Source of the DNA: Octopus bimaculoides
Taxonomy: Eukaryota
DNA: 63,021 nucleotides
Assembly: GCF_001194135.2 (NCBI RefSeq)
Contig: NC_068988.1
Coordinates: forward strand, 38,492,221 to 38,555,241
Direction of reading: 5' to 3'
Part shown: piece after piece, positions 36,301 through 50,374 of the stretch
How the letters are laid out: the number at the start of each line of letters is the position of its first letter
Numbering within the stretch: position 1 is the first letter of the stretch
Notes under the pieces: generated by a model
Seen by the model: the letters and a program-made list of their open reading frames with translations, nothing else
Told to the model about the DNA's origin: nothing
The model's database searches: none
Made by a program: the position numbers and the translations under genes

Positions 36301-36545
36301 TTCATTTATTCATTTATTCATTTGTTGAGTCATTCATTCAGTAGCAGGAATGTCATCAAATATCTACCCAAGCTTTGATTAATAAATATATAAATCTTTA
36401 TAGGTGCAAGCATGGTTGTTGGGTAAAATGTTCACTTGCCAATCACATGGTTCTCATGTTCAATCCCACTCTGTCACACCTTGTCAGGAGCTGACTGAAG
36501 CCTTATGAGTGGATTTAGTAGATGGAAACTAAATGAAGCCCATCA

Positions 36546-36631
<86 letters not shown>

Positions 36632-37059
36632 TCGAAATGAGACACGGTTGAGGGTAGCGATGTCAAATTCTCTTATACACCAGATGTGCCATCAAAACTC
36701 TTGATTGGACTGCATCAGGTGGTGGAGAAGAGCCATGCAAGGAACGTGCAGAGAGCTGGAATGGAAAAACAATGCAGAGTGGAGGGTAGTCATGTCCTGA
36801 GTTCTTGTGCGTTGGCATATTTGTAGCCCTGTTTTCAAGTTATGTATTACATGTGCATTTTTTAAAATATATTGTTTTGTTATATAAAAGATGAAAGGCA
36901 ATACACATGAGCTCAAGACATGACTATTCTCATGTTCTTCTCATGAGGGATTCTGGAAAGAACTTTGTGAGACCATTGCAGGAACGCTTCCAACAGATTT
37001 CAGTAACCGTTTGAGGAATAAGAAAACTGACTATAACAGTGACTCTGTTACTTCCTAGC

Positions 37060-37101
37060 AATCTCTGAAGAAGGAAGTTTGATATTTTGAAATATTAGAC
37101 T
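37060..37101 (+). ncRNA. Candidate minimal hammerhead motif (weak helix II)
   Basis: AAUCU-CUGAAGA-A-GGAA(guuugaua)UUUU-GAAA-UA-UU-AGACU; AAUAUU palindrome. Confidence 0.45.
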
Positions 37102-37218
37102 ATGAATAATTAAGTTATTTTTAACCATTATTATAGACCACTCTGCATTGTTATTCTGTTCTAGACAAGTTACATTCCATAAACAATACACAATGCTTCC
37201 AGCAAACTACAAAACTCT

Positions 37219-37262
<44 letters not shown>

Positions 37263-38269
37263 TATATATATACATATATATATGTGTGTGTTTGTTGTCC
37301 TCCACCATTGCTTGACAACTGGTGTTGGTTTATTTATGTCCCTGTAACTTAGCAGTTTGGCAAGAAAAATCCGATAGAATAAGTACCAGGCTTATGAAAA
37401 GATGTAAGTACTGGAGCCGATTTGTCCAATCAAGCCCTTCGAGGTGGTGCTCCAGCATGGCCTCTGTTCAATGACTGAAACAAGCAAATAAAATAAAAAA
37501 TAAAAGGCAAATTAATAAATCCGTAAATAAATGAAATTGAAGAAAATTTCTGGGATTATATTTGGCAAGCTTCGTTAGTTCCAAGAAGAGGTGCCGTGGG
37601 AGGGAGGGAGATTTTGGTGGCTAGTAGTACCACATCTTCTATATATAATGTAAAGGAAACTTTTCTGAAAGAATTCTTCCTCTTATCTCATAAATGTGAT
37701 ATTATCATTATCATTATGACTATTATTATTCTGGTTGTTGTTGTTGCTGCTGCTGTTGTTGTTGTTGTTATGGCTAAATATGAAGCATGAAATAAATCCA
37801 CTGAGAATTTTAGATTAATGTATTTTTGTTAATTTTTGGTTATGCAACAAGTATTCTTTTTTTTTTTGTTTTCTAGTTGTTTCTATATTTGCTCTTGTTG
37901 TTGACGTTTGTTTTACTTGTCTTTTTCTTGTTTCTTTAAATTTTAATAATGTGCAAAGAGTTCTATAGAATTTATGATTCAATATTATTTGAAGATAATT
38001 TTTATAAATTATTTTAGTTTAGAAATTATTTTATTTAAACAGAAATTGAATTGAATAACCTAAATGCAGTTAATAAATTTATGTTTATATATAAATCATG
38101 AACAAACACACACACATGCACACACACACACACACACGCACAAATATACAAAGACAAACAAATGTTTTTCTATGCATATATTTAAGAATATAAATATGTG
38201 TGTATGCTTGTGTCCATTAATATGAATATGGTCTTAACTATATACATTTCATGATATAATATATGTATA

Positions 38270-38316
<47 letters not shown>

Positions 38317-39219
38317 AAATAGTAAATGAGTATATGCATATATACGTACAGGTATGTGCATACCGACATCCACCTGTATGTATAGGTGCATATCAGGGTA
38401 CAGGACATTGCAAACAAAACAGAGACGAGAAAACACACAAGCCACATAGAGAACATTCTACTTCATCAGCTACCTCCATTTTAACACCGGCGTTTCGAGG
38501 AGCTAGGCAGGACGCATCGTTAAAACAGCTCTTCCCATGGACCGCAAATTAAATTTGNNNNNNNNNNNNNNNNNNNNNNNNNNNNNNNNNNNNNNNNNNN
38601 NNNNNNNNNNNNNNNNNNNNNNNNNNNNNNNNNNNNNNNNNNNNNNNNNNNNNNNNNNNNNNNNNNNNNNNNNNNNNNNNNNNNNNNNNNNNNNNNNNNN
38701 NNNNNNNNNNNNNNNNNNNNNNNNNNNNNNNNNNNNNNNNNNNNNNNNNNNNNNNNNNNNNNNNNNNNNNNNNNNNNNNNNNNNNNNNNNNNNNNNNNNN
38801 NNNNNNNNNNNNNNNNNNNNNNNNNNNNNNNNNNNNNNNNNNNNNNNNNNNNNNNNNNNNNNNNNNNNNNNNNNNNNNNNNNNNNNNNNNNNNNNNNNNN
38901 NNNNNNNNNNNNNNNNNNNNNNNNNNNNNNNNNNNNNNNNNNNNNNNNNNNNNNNNNNNNNNNNNNNNNNNNNNNNNNNNNNNNNNNNNNNNNNNNNNNN
39001 NNNNNNNNNNNNNNNNNNNGGTAGAGGGAGAAACAAAGGGAGGAAGTAGAAGAATAGGTGAGCAACGAAAGGAAAAGAGAAAGAGAGGAAGTACGAGGGG
39101 GAAAAAAGAGATACGTAGTAGTAACAGAGGAAGAACGAGAGGGGGGGGAAATGATAGAGGAAGAGAAAGAGATAGAGTAGCATCGGAAAATATGAAGTTA
39201 CGAAAAACTACTTACAATT

Positions 39220-39262
<43 letters not shown>

Positions 39263-39317
39263 TGTAAAAGTATGTACTAATGCTTGTATCAATTTGTAAT
39301 CATACATATACACACAT

Positions 39318-39348
<31 letters not shown>

Positions 39349-41279
39349 CATATGTGTACGTGTGTGTGTGTGTATTTATATATTTACCTATATTTATGTA
39401 TGTATACACTCACAAATATTTATCTACTCTGTGTATCTCGCCACCCAGCATCTGTCTGCGTTTGGTCTAGCCCTACACATGGTTATCTAGATTCTTGTTT
39501 CCAATGTGAATAGGAACTCATTTTCCTTCATTAGATTGTTGGTCCTAATGGTCTCAATCATTACACTCTTTTTTTAACATGGATAAGATACACATGCATA
39601 CACATCCAAAGCCACACACATCCAAATGCACATACAGCAAAATGCACACTGACAGAAAAGTACCACACTTCCTGTCCAAACATATTTATTACAGAAATGC
39701 ACACATACGCACAGTGGGAATCACTCACACTCACACATCGCTTTTACATCTCTGTAAACAAACTAGCAACAATACACACATTTACATGTCATTCACACAC
39801 ACATATTAGGCACATACATACAATTATACTACACACACATCTGTGCATACAAGGCTCAGTCAATACAAATAAGAGCACAGCAACAGCCACAACATAACAA
39901 AATAAACATACATACACACACACAAGCACACACATGTGCACACACATACATGTGCACACACACACACAAGCACACACATACATGTGCACACACACACAAG
40001 CACACATGCACATGTGCACACACTCGCATGTGAACACATACACACACACACACATATACACTAATAAATGCACTAAAAATAACGTGGAAATTTAAGCTTA
40101 CATGGTGAACACATATGCGCGCACATTATGATTAAATAGCCATATATACAAACCCATATACACTCGGTTCTCAGCTCTTAAAGATTAAATGTACACACAC
40201 ACACATACACCCACACACACACAGGCACACACACACACACACACATACATACTTTATACACTGTTACTTCCTCTACAACACTTGTATGTAAGAAACCTCA
40301 ATCCTTCTCAGTCACTTCCAATCATTTGATCTCTACCATTTGCAACACAATATACGACAACACTCCTCCCTCTGCACTTGTTCCTTCTTCAATCTCACAT
40401 TGTAAAGAAGAACTTGAAGCATCCAATACACTTCCAGTTTCTTAATTCTTCATCTCTCCTTGAGCGCTAAATTATAAATTACACCTTGTATCCACGTTGC
40501 TATTTTCATAATTAATTTTGAACTTATATCTGTGTGTGTATTTGGGTGTGTGTCTGAGTGCGTGTGTGTGTGTGTGTGTTTGTGTGTATTTGTGTGTGTG
40601 TGTGTGTGACATATTCTTAGCATATCAGACGAAGTACCTTATTGTATATATGCTTTTACTCGCTAGGTCTGGAGGAAAGTATAGAACCCAGGAACTTAGC
40701 AGGCTCTCTGAGATTGTTGAGGTTGCTAGCATTACTATTCCTCTCAAACTCTGTCAATACCCACAGAAAAAACATGAGCAGAAAGCGTATTCCAGAGGGA
40801 AGAAGCTCTGAGGAGAGGAGAATGGGTTAGGAGTTAACAGGGAGCCTGGGGAGTAATGATAAGAGGTGGAGAGATTTATGGAATGTGGGTATTTGAATAG
40901 AGGAGGTAAAGGCAACGTTACCTTTTCAAGTCATACCAACTGGTTTCCTAGTTTCATATTCCCCACCTGGACAGGATGCCAGTCCATCACAGGATTACTC
41001 ATTTTTGCCAGCTGAGTGAACTGGAGCAATGTAAAATGAAGTATTTTGCTCAAGAACACAATAGTCTGGTCCCAGAATCAAAACCACAATCTTAAAAAAT
41101 TATTATTCCAACATTCTAACTACTAAACCATGTGCCTCAATGTATAGAGGCAGTAGAAGACCAGCCACCTCCAAGGAATAGACGCCAGTATTGTAGCCAC
41201 AGAAAGGCAGAGAGGGGACTGCATGCCTGTAGGCCAGAGACTAGCATATCAATGAGTAATTTTATACAAATAAAAATTG

Positions 41280-41590
41280 GCCCTTTCTCATCTTGTATGA
41301 GGAATACCAAAGAACTTCAGGAGTTCTTTTCTTATCAGAATGATGCAAGTGAGTTTTCTGAGCTGCCATACCTTCGTAATCACCATTAGAACCATCCAAC
41401 TCTTTCTGAATCTTCTGCACTCTGCTCAGTTTGACACCCAAGCACTTAGATGTTCATATTGGAGCTTCCAGTGTGAATGCCAAGCAATACAGTATGTCAT
41501 TTCAAAATTTCTGGCAGAGTGAATTGCGTCACGGTGCTGTTTTTCTCATAGATGATGCCCAACTGACCCTACTATATTGTGTAGTTGACA
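41280..41590 (-). mobile_element. Tc1/mariner-superfamily transposase N-terminal fragment with internal deletion
   Basis: KCLGVKLSRVQKIQKELDGSNGDYEGMAAQKTH...DKKRTPE|WYSSYKMRKGQFL: HTH-like N-terminus of a family I recognise from invertebrate genomes; subfamily not assigned. Confidence 0.55.
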
Positions 41591-42454
41591 AAATCAAAAC
41601 CAAACAATGCACATGTGTGAAATTAAAAATATAAAATGGCAACAATTCACCCATCGCACCCTATATAAGTATGTATGTATGTATGTACAATATTTGTGTG
41701 TGTGCATGTGTATGTGCATGTGTGTATATGTGTGTGTGTGTGTGTGTTCAACTCACATAGCTCACTGTAACAGAGAAAACAAAACAAAATAATATATGCA
41801 AAATGGAAAAATGAAAAGAACAAGCAAATTTTACAAACATTAAAAAAAAAAACAAAACAAAAAAACAATGAGAAATAAAAATAAAAATGAAATAGCTTAC
41901 AAAAACAACAATGAAAACATACAAAAAAATAGAAAATCAAATGAATAGTTTGGCAATTCTGTTACTCAAAGGCATTATAAAGATGTGATCCATTGGCTAA
42001 TTTTGAAATTTGTGTATGCCAGTTGCATGTATTTCAACATCAGTGCACAAATTTAATAGGTTTTTGACAATAAGGTAAATTGTAATTTTGTAATTGTTAT
42101 GCTCATGTTTCTTTCATCTTAACTTGTGATTTTCCATTAAAAATTTAATTAATGCGTATTTGAGTGTGTGAGCGTGTGTATGTAGGTGCGTGTACATTTA
42201 TTCATATGTGTATTGTTATATACATGTATGTACAAATGCATGTGTCTGTGTGTGTGTTTGTGTGTGTACATATATATATGTATATATTATATATTTGTAT
42301 GTATGTATGTATATATTTATGTAGGTATGTGCGTATGTACGTACACACACATACACCTATGTATGTGTCTATGTGTGTGCATATATATATATATGCTCTA
42401 TAATTTTCAGACTAGAAACCATGACACAGGATATGGGTTAAATATTGATTTCAA

Positions 42455-43075
42455 ATTTTGGCACAAGGCCCACAATTTCAAGGGAGGGGGTTAAGTTGAT
42501 TACATCGACTTCAGGTGTTCAACTGGTACTTATTTTATTGACCCTGAAAGGGTAAAAAGGCAATGTCAGCCTTGGTGGAATTTGAACTCAAGATATAAAG
42601 ATTGATGAAATGCCACTAAGCGCAGGAGTGGCTGTGTGGTAAGTAGCTTGCTTACCAACCACATGGTTCCAGGTTCAGTCCCACTGAGTGGCACCTTGGG
42701 CAAGTGTCTTCTACTATAGCCTCGGGCCAACCAAAGCCTTGTGAGTGGATTTGGTAGACGGAAACTGAAAGAAGCTCGTCATATATATGTATATGCGTAT
42801 ATATATGTGTGTTTGTGTGTCTGTGTTTGCCCCACCAACATCGCTTGACAACCGATGCTGGTGTGTTTACATCCCCGTAACTTAGCAGTTCGGCAAAAGA
42901 GACTAATAGAATAAGTACTAGGCTTACAAAGAATAAGTCCTGGGGTCGATTTGCTCTACTAAAGGCGGTGCTCCAGCATGGCCACAGTCAAATGACTGAA
43001 ACAAGTAAAAGAGGGAAAGAGAGAGAGTAAGCATTTTGCCCGGAGTGCAAATGATTCTGCCAGCTTGCCACCTTA
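42455..43075 (-). mobile_element. Family C SINE split by a full-length family A SINE (42620-43027, +)
   Basis: Family C halves rejoin at CCACTAAGC|ATTTTGCC; TAAGC is duplicated at 42617-42621 and 43028-43032. Confidence 0.85.
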
Positions 43076-43163
43076 AATAGGTTAAATATCAAAGAGAGAC
43101 TTAGTCCCTCTCCACACTTACCAGAAAGTCTGGTTGATGGGTTTTTTTTCTTATTGTGCATAT

Positions 43164-43336
43164 AGATGCAGGAATGGCTGTGTGGTAAGTAGCTTGCTTA
43201 CCAACTACATGATTCCAGGTTCAGTCCCACAGTGTGGCAACTTGAGAAAGTGTCTTTTACTATAGCCTCAGGCCAACCAAAACCTTGTGAGTGGATTTGA
43301 TAGACAGAAACTGAAAGAAGCCCGTTGTATATATTG

Positions 43337-43369
<33 letters not shown>

Positions 43370-43582
43370 CTGTATATGTTTGTGTGTCTGTGTTTGTCCC
43401 CCCAACATCACTCGACAACCAATGCTGGTGTGTTCACGTCCCTGTAACTTAGCAGTTCAGCAAAAGAAACCAATAGAATAAGTACTAGGCTTACAATGAA
43501 TAAGTCCTGGGGTCAATTTGCTCGAGGAAAGGTGGTGCTCCAGCATAGCCGCAGTCAAATGACTGAATCAAGTAAAAGAGTA
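43164..43582 (+). mobile_element. Full-length family A SINE
   Basis: Head, central microsatellite and tail all present. Confidence 0.85.
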
Positions 43583-44314
43583 CTAACATAATTGCATATT
43601 TTCCTTTATATGACAGCAACTCCTGACATCTACTGAAGTGATGCATGTGAGCTGACAAGGTGTGCAATTTGTGTTAACCACTCAAAAGTTGATGAGTCAA
43701 AGTAACGAACAGATTAAGAAAAACAGACAACAGACAGAAACAGATATGTGAAGAAGCTATTCTTCACTTCACAGCCATGTGTGTAAAATATTCTTTTCTA
43801 CTCTACGCACAAAGCCCGAAATTTTTGAGGAGGGGGCTAGTTGATTAGATCAACCCCAGTACACAACTGGTACTTAATTTATTGACCCCCAAAACGATGA
43901 AAGAGGAAGTCATCCTTGGTGGAATTTGAACTCAGAACATAAAGACAGACAAAATACCGCTAAGCATTTTGCCTGGCGTGCTGTGACAAATAGAACTGAT
44001 ACCTGTTTAAAAATGACTGAAACATGGTTAATTGCTAAATAAATTCTAAATGACAGTACTTTCATATTTTTTCACTTGCAACTCTCTTTCTAAGAATTTC
44101 TTTGACATTTTTAATTTTATCAAAAACTTCTGAGGAGCCTCATTGGCTGTTTAGTTTAGTCTGGCTGTGTGGTTAAGAAACTCACTTTACCACACACGGT
44201 TTCAGGTTCAACCCCACTGTGCAACACCTTGGGCAAGTGACTTCTGCTGTAGCTTCAGGCTGACTAAAGCCTTGTGAATGAATCTGACTGACAAGACTTG
44301 TGTAGTGCTCATCA

Positions 44315-44354
<40 letters not shown>

Positions 44355-44582
44355 AGCATGACACAGTGTGACAAAGCTGGCCCTTTGAAATAGAGATACA
44401 TCTCCTTTTTGTGCGCTGAGTGTACTGGAACAGCATGAAGTAAAGTATCTTGCTCAAGAGGACACAATGTGTTGCTGGGAATTGAACTCACAACCTTACG
44501 ATTGCAAGCTAAATAGCCAAACCACTAAGCCATGCACCTTCACACACACACACATATTCATACAGATACATGCATACACAAA

Positions 44583-44613
<31 letters not shown>

Positions 44614-44938
44614 GCAAACACATACAGACATGTACATATATGTAAGTGTAGGTATGGTTGTGTGATAAGAAGCTTGCTTCCCAACCACTTGTTTCCAGGT
44701 TCTGTCCCATTGCATGACACCTTTGGACTAGTGTCTTCTATTATAACCTCAGGTTAACCAAAGCCTTGTGAGTGGATTTTGTAGATGGAAACTGAAAGAA
44801 GCCTGTCATGTGTGTGTGTGTGTGAGTGTCCTGTGTTTGTCCTTCACCACCACTTGACAACTTGTGTTGGTGTGTTTACATTCCTGTAATGTAGGCACAA
44901 AAGAGACTAATTGAATATAATACATACATACATGAATA

Positions 44939-46172
44939 TTAGGTTGTTTCACATCAAATGTTGCATTTTTAATTACTTGTTATGTCAGTCATTTAAAAAC
45001 TCAATTATGTATACCTTGCATTTAATCTTGACTCTTTTTCTTCCCCAACAATATCGGTATACAAAATTCGTACCCACAGACCTTATAAAAATGATAACAA
45101 TCAAACTATGTTGAGTGATTTTCTCGTATGAGTACAAACTGGGTCACTCTGCCACAGAAGCTCTACAGAATATCAAGTGGGCCTTTGGTAATGGTTTTGT
45201 TGACATCAGAACTGTTCAGAGATGGTTTCAAAGCTCTTGCTCAGGAGATGATAGCGTTGAAAATAAACCAATGGGTAGGCCAAAATCAGTTATTCAGCAT
45301 CATGGATTATATGCTTTGGTTGAACAAAATCCAAGAACAAAGATTCGAAATCTTTCATCAGAACTCCAAACATCTCGCACAACTGTTTTTGGACACCTTT
45401 AAAAAATTGGAAAAGTCAAGAAAACGGATAGGTCTGTTCCACATCAACTGAATGAGATTAAAAAAAACGCACCTCAAAGTGTGCTCCTTATTGCTTTCTC
45501 AACTGGAAAAAGACCATTTTTGCATCAAATCATTACCTGCAATGAGAAATGGATATTTTTTGACAACAGCAGAACAGGACAGTGATTAGAGGCAGGAAAG
45601 TTACCTAAACACTACCCAAATCCACCATTGCACCTTAAAAGGTTAGTGGTCACTGCATTGTGGTCTGCGAAGGGAGTTATTCATTATTCATTTTTGCAAC
45701 AAGGAAATACAGTAACAGCAACATTGTATTGACAGGAAATTCATTGTATGCATGAGAATTTGAAAAAGAAGCAACCCAGACTAGTGAATGGAGATGCTCT
45801 CAATTTTTCTCCACAACAATGCATGTCTTCACACTCTTCATGCTACCGTCCAAAAGTTGCAAAGCCTGAATTATGAGATTTTGCAACATCCTCCCTATTC
45901 CCCTGATATCTCTTCTACTGATCATCATGTATTTAAGCATTTTGAGCTTTGCATGAGCAATAAGACATTCTTAAATAGAGAAGAGGTAGTTGAAGTGTTT
46001 GGACAGTTTATCACAGCAAAAGATGAATTTTGTTTTAAAGATGGAATATATAACATAGAGAAATGTTGGGTAAATGTCATAAATGAGCGTGGATCATACT
46101 TTTATTAAATAAATCAGTTCTCTAACACTTCTGAAACCTTTCAAATACGACATTTCATGTGAAACAACCTAA
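44939..46172 (+). mobile_element. Full-length degenerate mariner element (SETMAR/Mos1-like transposase pseudogene, 45091-46108)
   Basis: TIRs TTAGGTTGTTTCACAT(C/G)AAATGT at both ends, TA flanks at 44937-38 and 46173-74. Motifs IFSYEYKLGHSATEA, ITCNEKWIFFDN, LHNNACLH, HPPYSPDISSTDHHVF; stops and frameshifts. Confidence 0.92.
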
Positions 46173-46179
46173 TATATAT

Positions 46180-46228
<49 letters not shown>

Positions 46229-46287
46229 AGTGTGTGTGTGTGTGTATGTATGTATATACACATACACACACATACAAAGATGCGTGT

Positions 46288-46330
<43 letters not shown>

Positions 46331-46670
46331 TATATGCAACTGTGCATAAATAGAATATAGTGAACAGAATAAAAACTATGTTTATACATAAAATTATTAT
46401 TCAATTCATTTAGGAAATTTGAAAGAAGTCAATTAGTAAAATGTTTGGAGGTAATTTGAAACTAAGAAAAACAAAATAGTTGGAAAGATAAACATAAATA
46501 AATTCCATTTTTATTTTCTTCTCTGATCTTGAAGCAAAGTTGTTGTTACTGTTGTAATAAGAACATGGTGAGAAACAATCTAACTGTAACGAGATATTAT
46601 ATTGCTCATGAAGAATAATTTAAACAAAGAAGTGAGACTGTTGTTAGAGAGAAGAGAATAAGTGTATATA

Positions 46671-47288
46671 CAGGGTTTCCCAAAAGTCACTGGTGAGTTT
46701 CAATTTTTAACAACTTCCTTAACTTTGCAAATAAATGCATGAAATATTGATACAATATAAAAGACATAATGAAAATTAATATGCACAAATCAAATTTTGC
46801 AATGCCAATACATCACATATTAAAAATGACATCGCTTAAATGGCAGCCATTTTCAGCTTTGCATGCCTGTGCCCTTTCCAAAACTTGTACCATAACACAC
46901 ACATGAGTTTCAGACTTCACTTCTTTGATTTCTCTATTGATGTTCTCCTTCAGTTGCATCTGGTTCTCTGATTTGTTGACGTAAACCCTCTCTTTCAGGT
47001 ATCCCCACAAGAAAAAATCTGGGCTAGTCAAGTCTGGGGAATGTGAAGGCCATTCAAAGTAGACCTCACACATGATTCCAGCAAGATGGGGCAACTGCTC
47101 ATACTGCAAAAGAAACAATGCAGTTGCTATGGTGGTGCTTTGGAAGGAGAACAATCTCCCATTACAGCAATGTCAACTGGCCTGAAAGAGCTCTACGGGG
47201 AGCATGCCCTTACTTACCCCCACCCTCAGTTTCTAGACATGGGTGGTCCCAAGACCAAGGACTCTACCACGATTTTTAAGAAATGTAA
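46671..47288 (-). mobile_element. Tc1/mariner-superfamily transposon, 3' part plus TIR, truncated by an N gap
   Basis: WPSHSPDLTSPDFFLWGYLKERVY; TIR CAGGGTTTCCCAAAAGTCAC after TA; same family as 36-251. Confidence 0.88.
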
Positions 47289-47774
47289 NNNNNNNNNNNN
47301 NNNNNNNNNNNNNNNNNNNNNNNNNNNNNNNNNNNNNNNNNNNNNNNNNNNNNNNNNNNNNNNNNNNNNNNNNNNNNNNNNNNNNNNNNNNNNNNNNNNN
47401 NNNNNNNNNNNNNNNNNNNNNNNNNNNNNNNNNNNNNNNNNNNNNNNNNNNNNNNNNNNNNNNNNNNNNNNNNNNNNNNNNNNNNNNNNNNNNNNNNNNN
47501 NNNNNNNNNNNNNNNNNNNNNNNNNNNNNNNNNNNNNNNNNNNNNNNNNNNNNNNNNNNNNNNNNNNNNNNNNNNNNNNNNNNNNNNNNNNNACATGATG
47601 AAATGAACCAACAGACTTCTTTTAGTTTCTATCTACCAAATCTACTCACAAGACTTTGGTCAGCCTAAGGCTAGGCTATAGTAGAAGACACTTGTCCAAG
47701 GTGCCATGCAGTGGAACTGAACACAGAACCATGTAGTTAGAAGAAAATTTCCTACCATACAGCAACACCTGTGC

Positions 47775-47810
<36 letters not shown>

Positions 47811-47864
47811 ACATATATATACACTTATATATACATATATATACATACATATATACATTTAGAA

Positions 47865-47910
<46 letters not shown>

Positions 47911-50243
47911 ATATATATGTGTGTGTGTATATATATATGCACACACATACACACACACTCACATACATGTATTCTTTTTTGTCTAATAGATTAGTTATTT
48001 CATTGTCACCACCATGCACGTCATTGTTGCTCTTGCGAGTGTATCATTCATTCTTGCTGTTGTTGTTATTCTCCCTCAGCTAGCAGAGCTCACATATGTT
48101 AGACAGGTACATAACCTAGCATATCTCTTATTTTTATCTTGAATCTTGTGTTATATCATGTGTAACATCTATGACTGTCTATCATCACCAATTGTTTCTA
48201 GCGTTGCCTCATGTCATTTGGAGATTGCAAATATCTCAACAGATAATCTATGTGAAATGACAGTATCGATTTTATATTTCGTTTGTACATATGTATTTAT
48301 GAACTCTTGTGTGTCTGTATGCATGCATGTATGTATTAATGTATGATAGTAAATATGTATGCATATATTCAAATGTGTATTTATCATTTTATGTATGTAA
48401 CATGTTTGCATGCATGTATGTATCTATGCATGCCTGTATATATATATTTGAAGATATGCATATGTATGTGTACGTATATATATATATATATATAAACATA
48501 CTTGTGTCTGTGTGTATGTATGTGCATGTGTGAGTGTGTGTGTGTGTTTGTTGTGTGTGTATGTACATATATACGTTTCTGTATGTATATATATATATAT
48601 ATATATATGTGTATAAAATTTTGCATGCATGGATATGTAGATTTATGTATGTATTTTTAATTATTCAAAATCTTTCTGTTAGGAAGGAGTTGGTTTCTTA
48701 TAAAGATACAAAGTTCAATCATTGGAATACAAATAGCAAAAACCGTGTCAGATTTTAAACTTGAGAAAAGTCTTGCACATTTTTACTGCTCCAATTAGAG
48801 ATTGCATTAGTAATGTGTGAATTAGCTGGTTGATTTCTTTTCTGAGAATCCCAGCTGATCCAGATTGTTGCTCAGGCGTTTACTCACAAAATTAAGGGCA
48901 CTAATTAACTATCTAATTAACTGGCACTCTGTCGGTTACAGCGATGACATTTCATTTCATTTCACCTAACATTTCATTTTTACACGTTCAATTTTCTTTG
49001 TCACAGTACTTTGACTGTTATTTCACTTCTCTAAAATTATTAATACATTCTTTTACACCTTTGGTGTATCTTGCCTATTCTGCTCACTCACATTTTGCAT
49101 TCAACCAAACTATTTCCTTTTTAAAATATATATTCTCTTTAAAAAGTTCTTTTCCCATCTGCACCATTTTTGGCTTTCTATTAATTCCATTCCTGCTTGG
49201 CATTTGTACATCCTTAAACATTTCATTAATGCTGTCTTTGCCACATTAGCTTCCAGCTGCTTACAAGGAAATGTACACCTATTCTCGAAACAACTGTAAG
49301 GAACTACCTACACAGCTTTCTTCTGTCCTCTTTTCTTCTCATCCAGCTTTGGATTCTACCTACCATGACCAGCTTTACCTAATGTCAATAATTAAGACTT
49401 ACCATTTTCCAGGAGAATGGCAGCATCTGCCATAATCATTATGAACATTCCTCATCTGATCTTTTTTGAGCACTTGTGATCTAAACTCCTGTAGCATTCA
49501 ATTCTACCCTCAAGTTCTGTCAATGTTTAAATATAATAAATATCATAATTTCACATGATGTCAGTTGTTTTCCTGTTTATACTTTTATTCTATTATAGAC
49601 ATACCTACTCAATTAAAACACTGCCTATAGCTAAACTTCATTAGGCAGCTATAACATCATTGCTTTTTTTAGTTGCAGTTCAAGTTGTAGTTTAAGCAAT
49701 AAGTCAACCTGAGCACTAATTGTATGTACCTATTACACTGTATAACAAAATTTTAATATCTTTTTTTTTCATCTTTGGTCAGTAAGTGTTATTTCCAATT
49801 TGCTTCTATCTAGAAATCTAAGGAAATGACTACTATTCCTTTTAAACTTTGCTTTTGAGACCTGAACATCAATGTTTTGAAACTGACCAATTTTCCATTA
49901 CATTTCAGACAGATTCAGCAGAGTTGCTGAAGCAGAAATATCATTATAGCAAACATCCTGCTCAATACCACAGATTCGCTTGTCCGTTTCTTAACCATCA
50001 TCACTTCTGTATGTCCCTTAGTGGCTGACAACATGTTCATCTCTGATGATGAGCAGGAGCAGTTGGGGAGCAATTACAGCCATGTGTTGAGAAGGATTCT
50101 TTGGGGTTTGAATAAATATCATAACAAAAGTTTGAAAGAAATGTTAGCCATTTTGCATACTTTCTAGGGGTAAGCAAATAGGAAATAAGTTGTGTTACAC
50201 AGTGTTATTTTATGGTTTCAAACCTGAATTTTACACACACGCG

Positions 50244-50284
<41 letters not shown>

Positions 50285-50334
50285 AACATGTACATGCACG
50301 CATGCATGTACACACACACACATATATGCAAGTA

Positions 50335-50374
<40 letters not shown>

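Noticed and set aside
38450-38557. Hammerhead-like pieces on the minus strand (GAGCU/AGCUC stem, CGAAACG, a downstream CUGAUGA)
   Set aside because: Core and GAAA are not in the right order with a UH site and helix I; possibly a Penelope remnant but not supportable.
251-46671. Composite transposon formed by two inverted Tc1-family ends
   Set aside because: The two TIRs point into the intervening DNA rather than bracketing it as element ends, and the copies are independently diverged.
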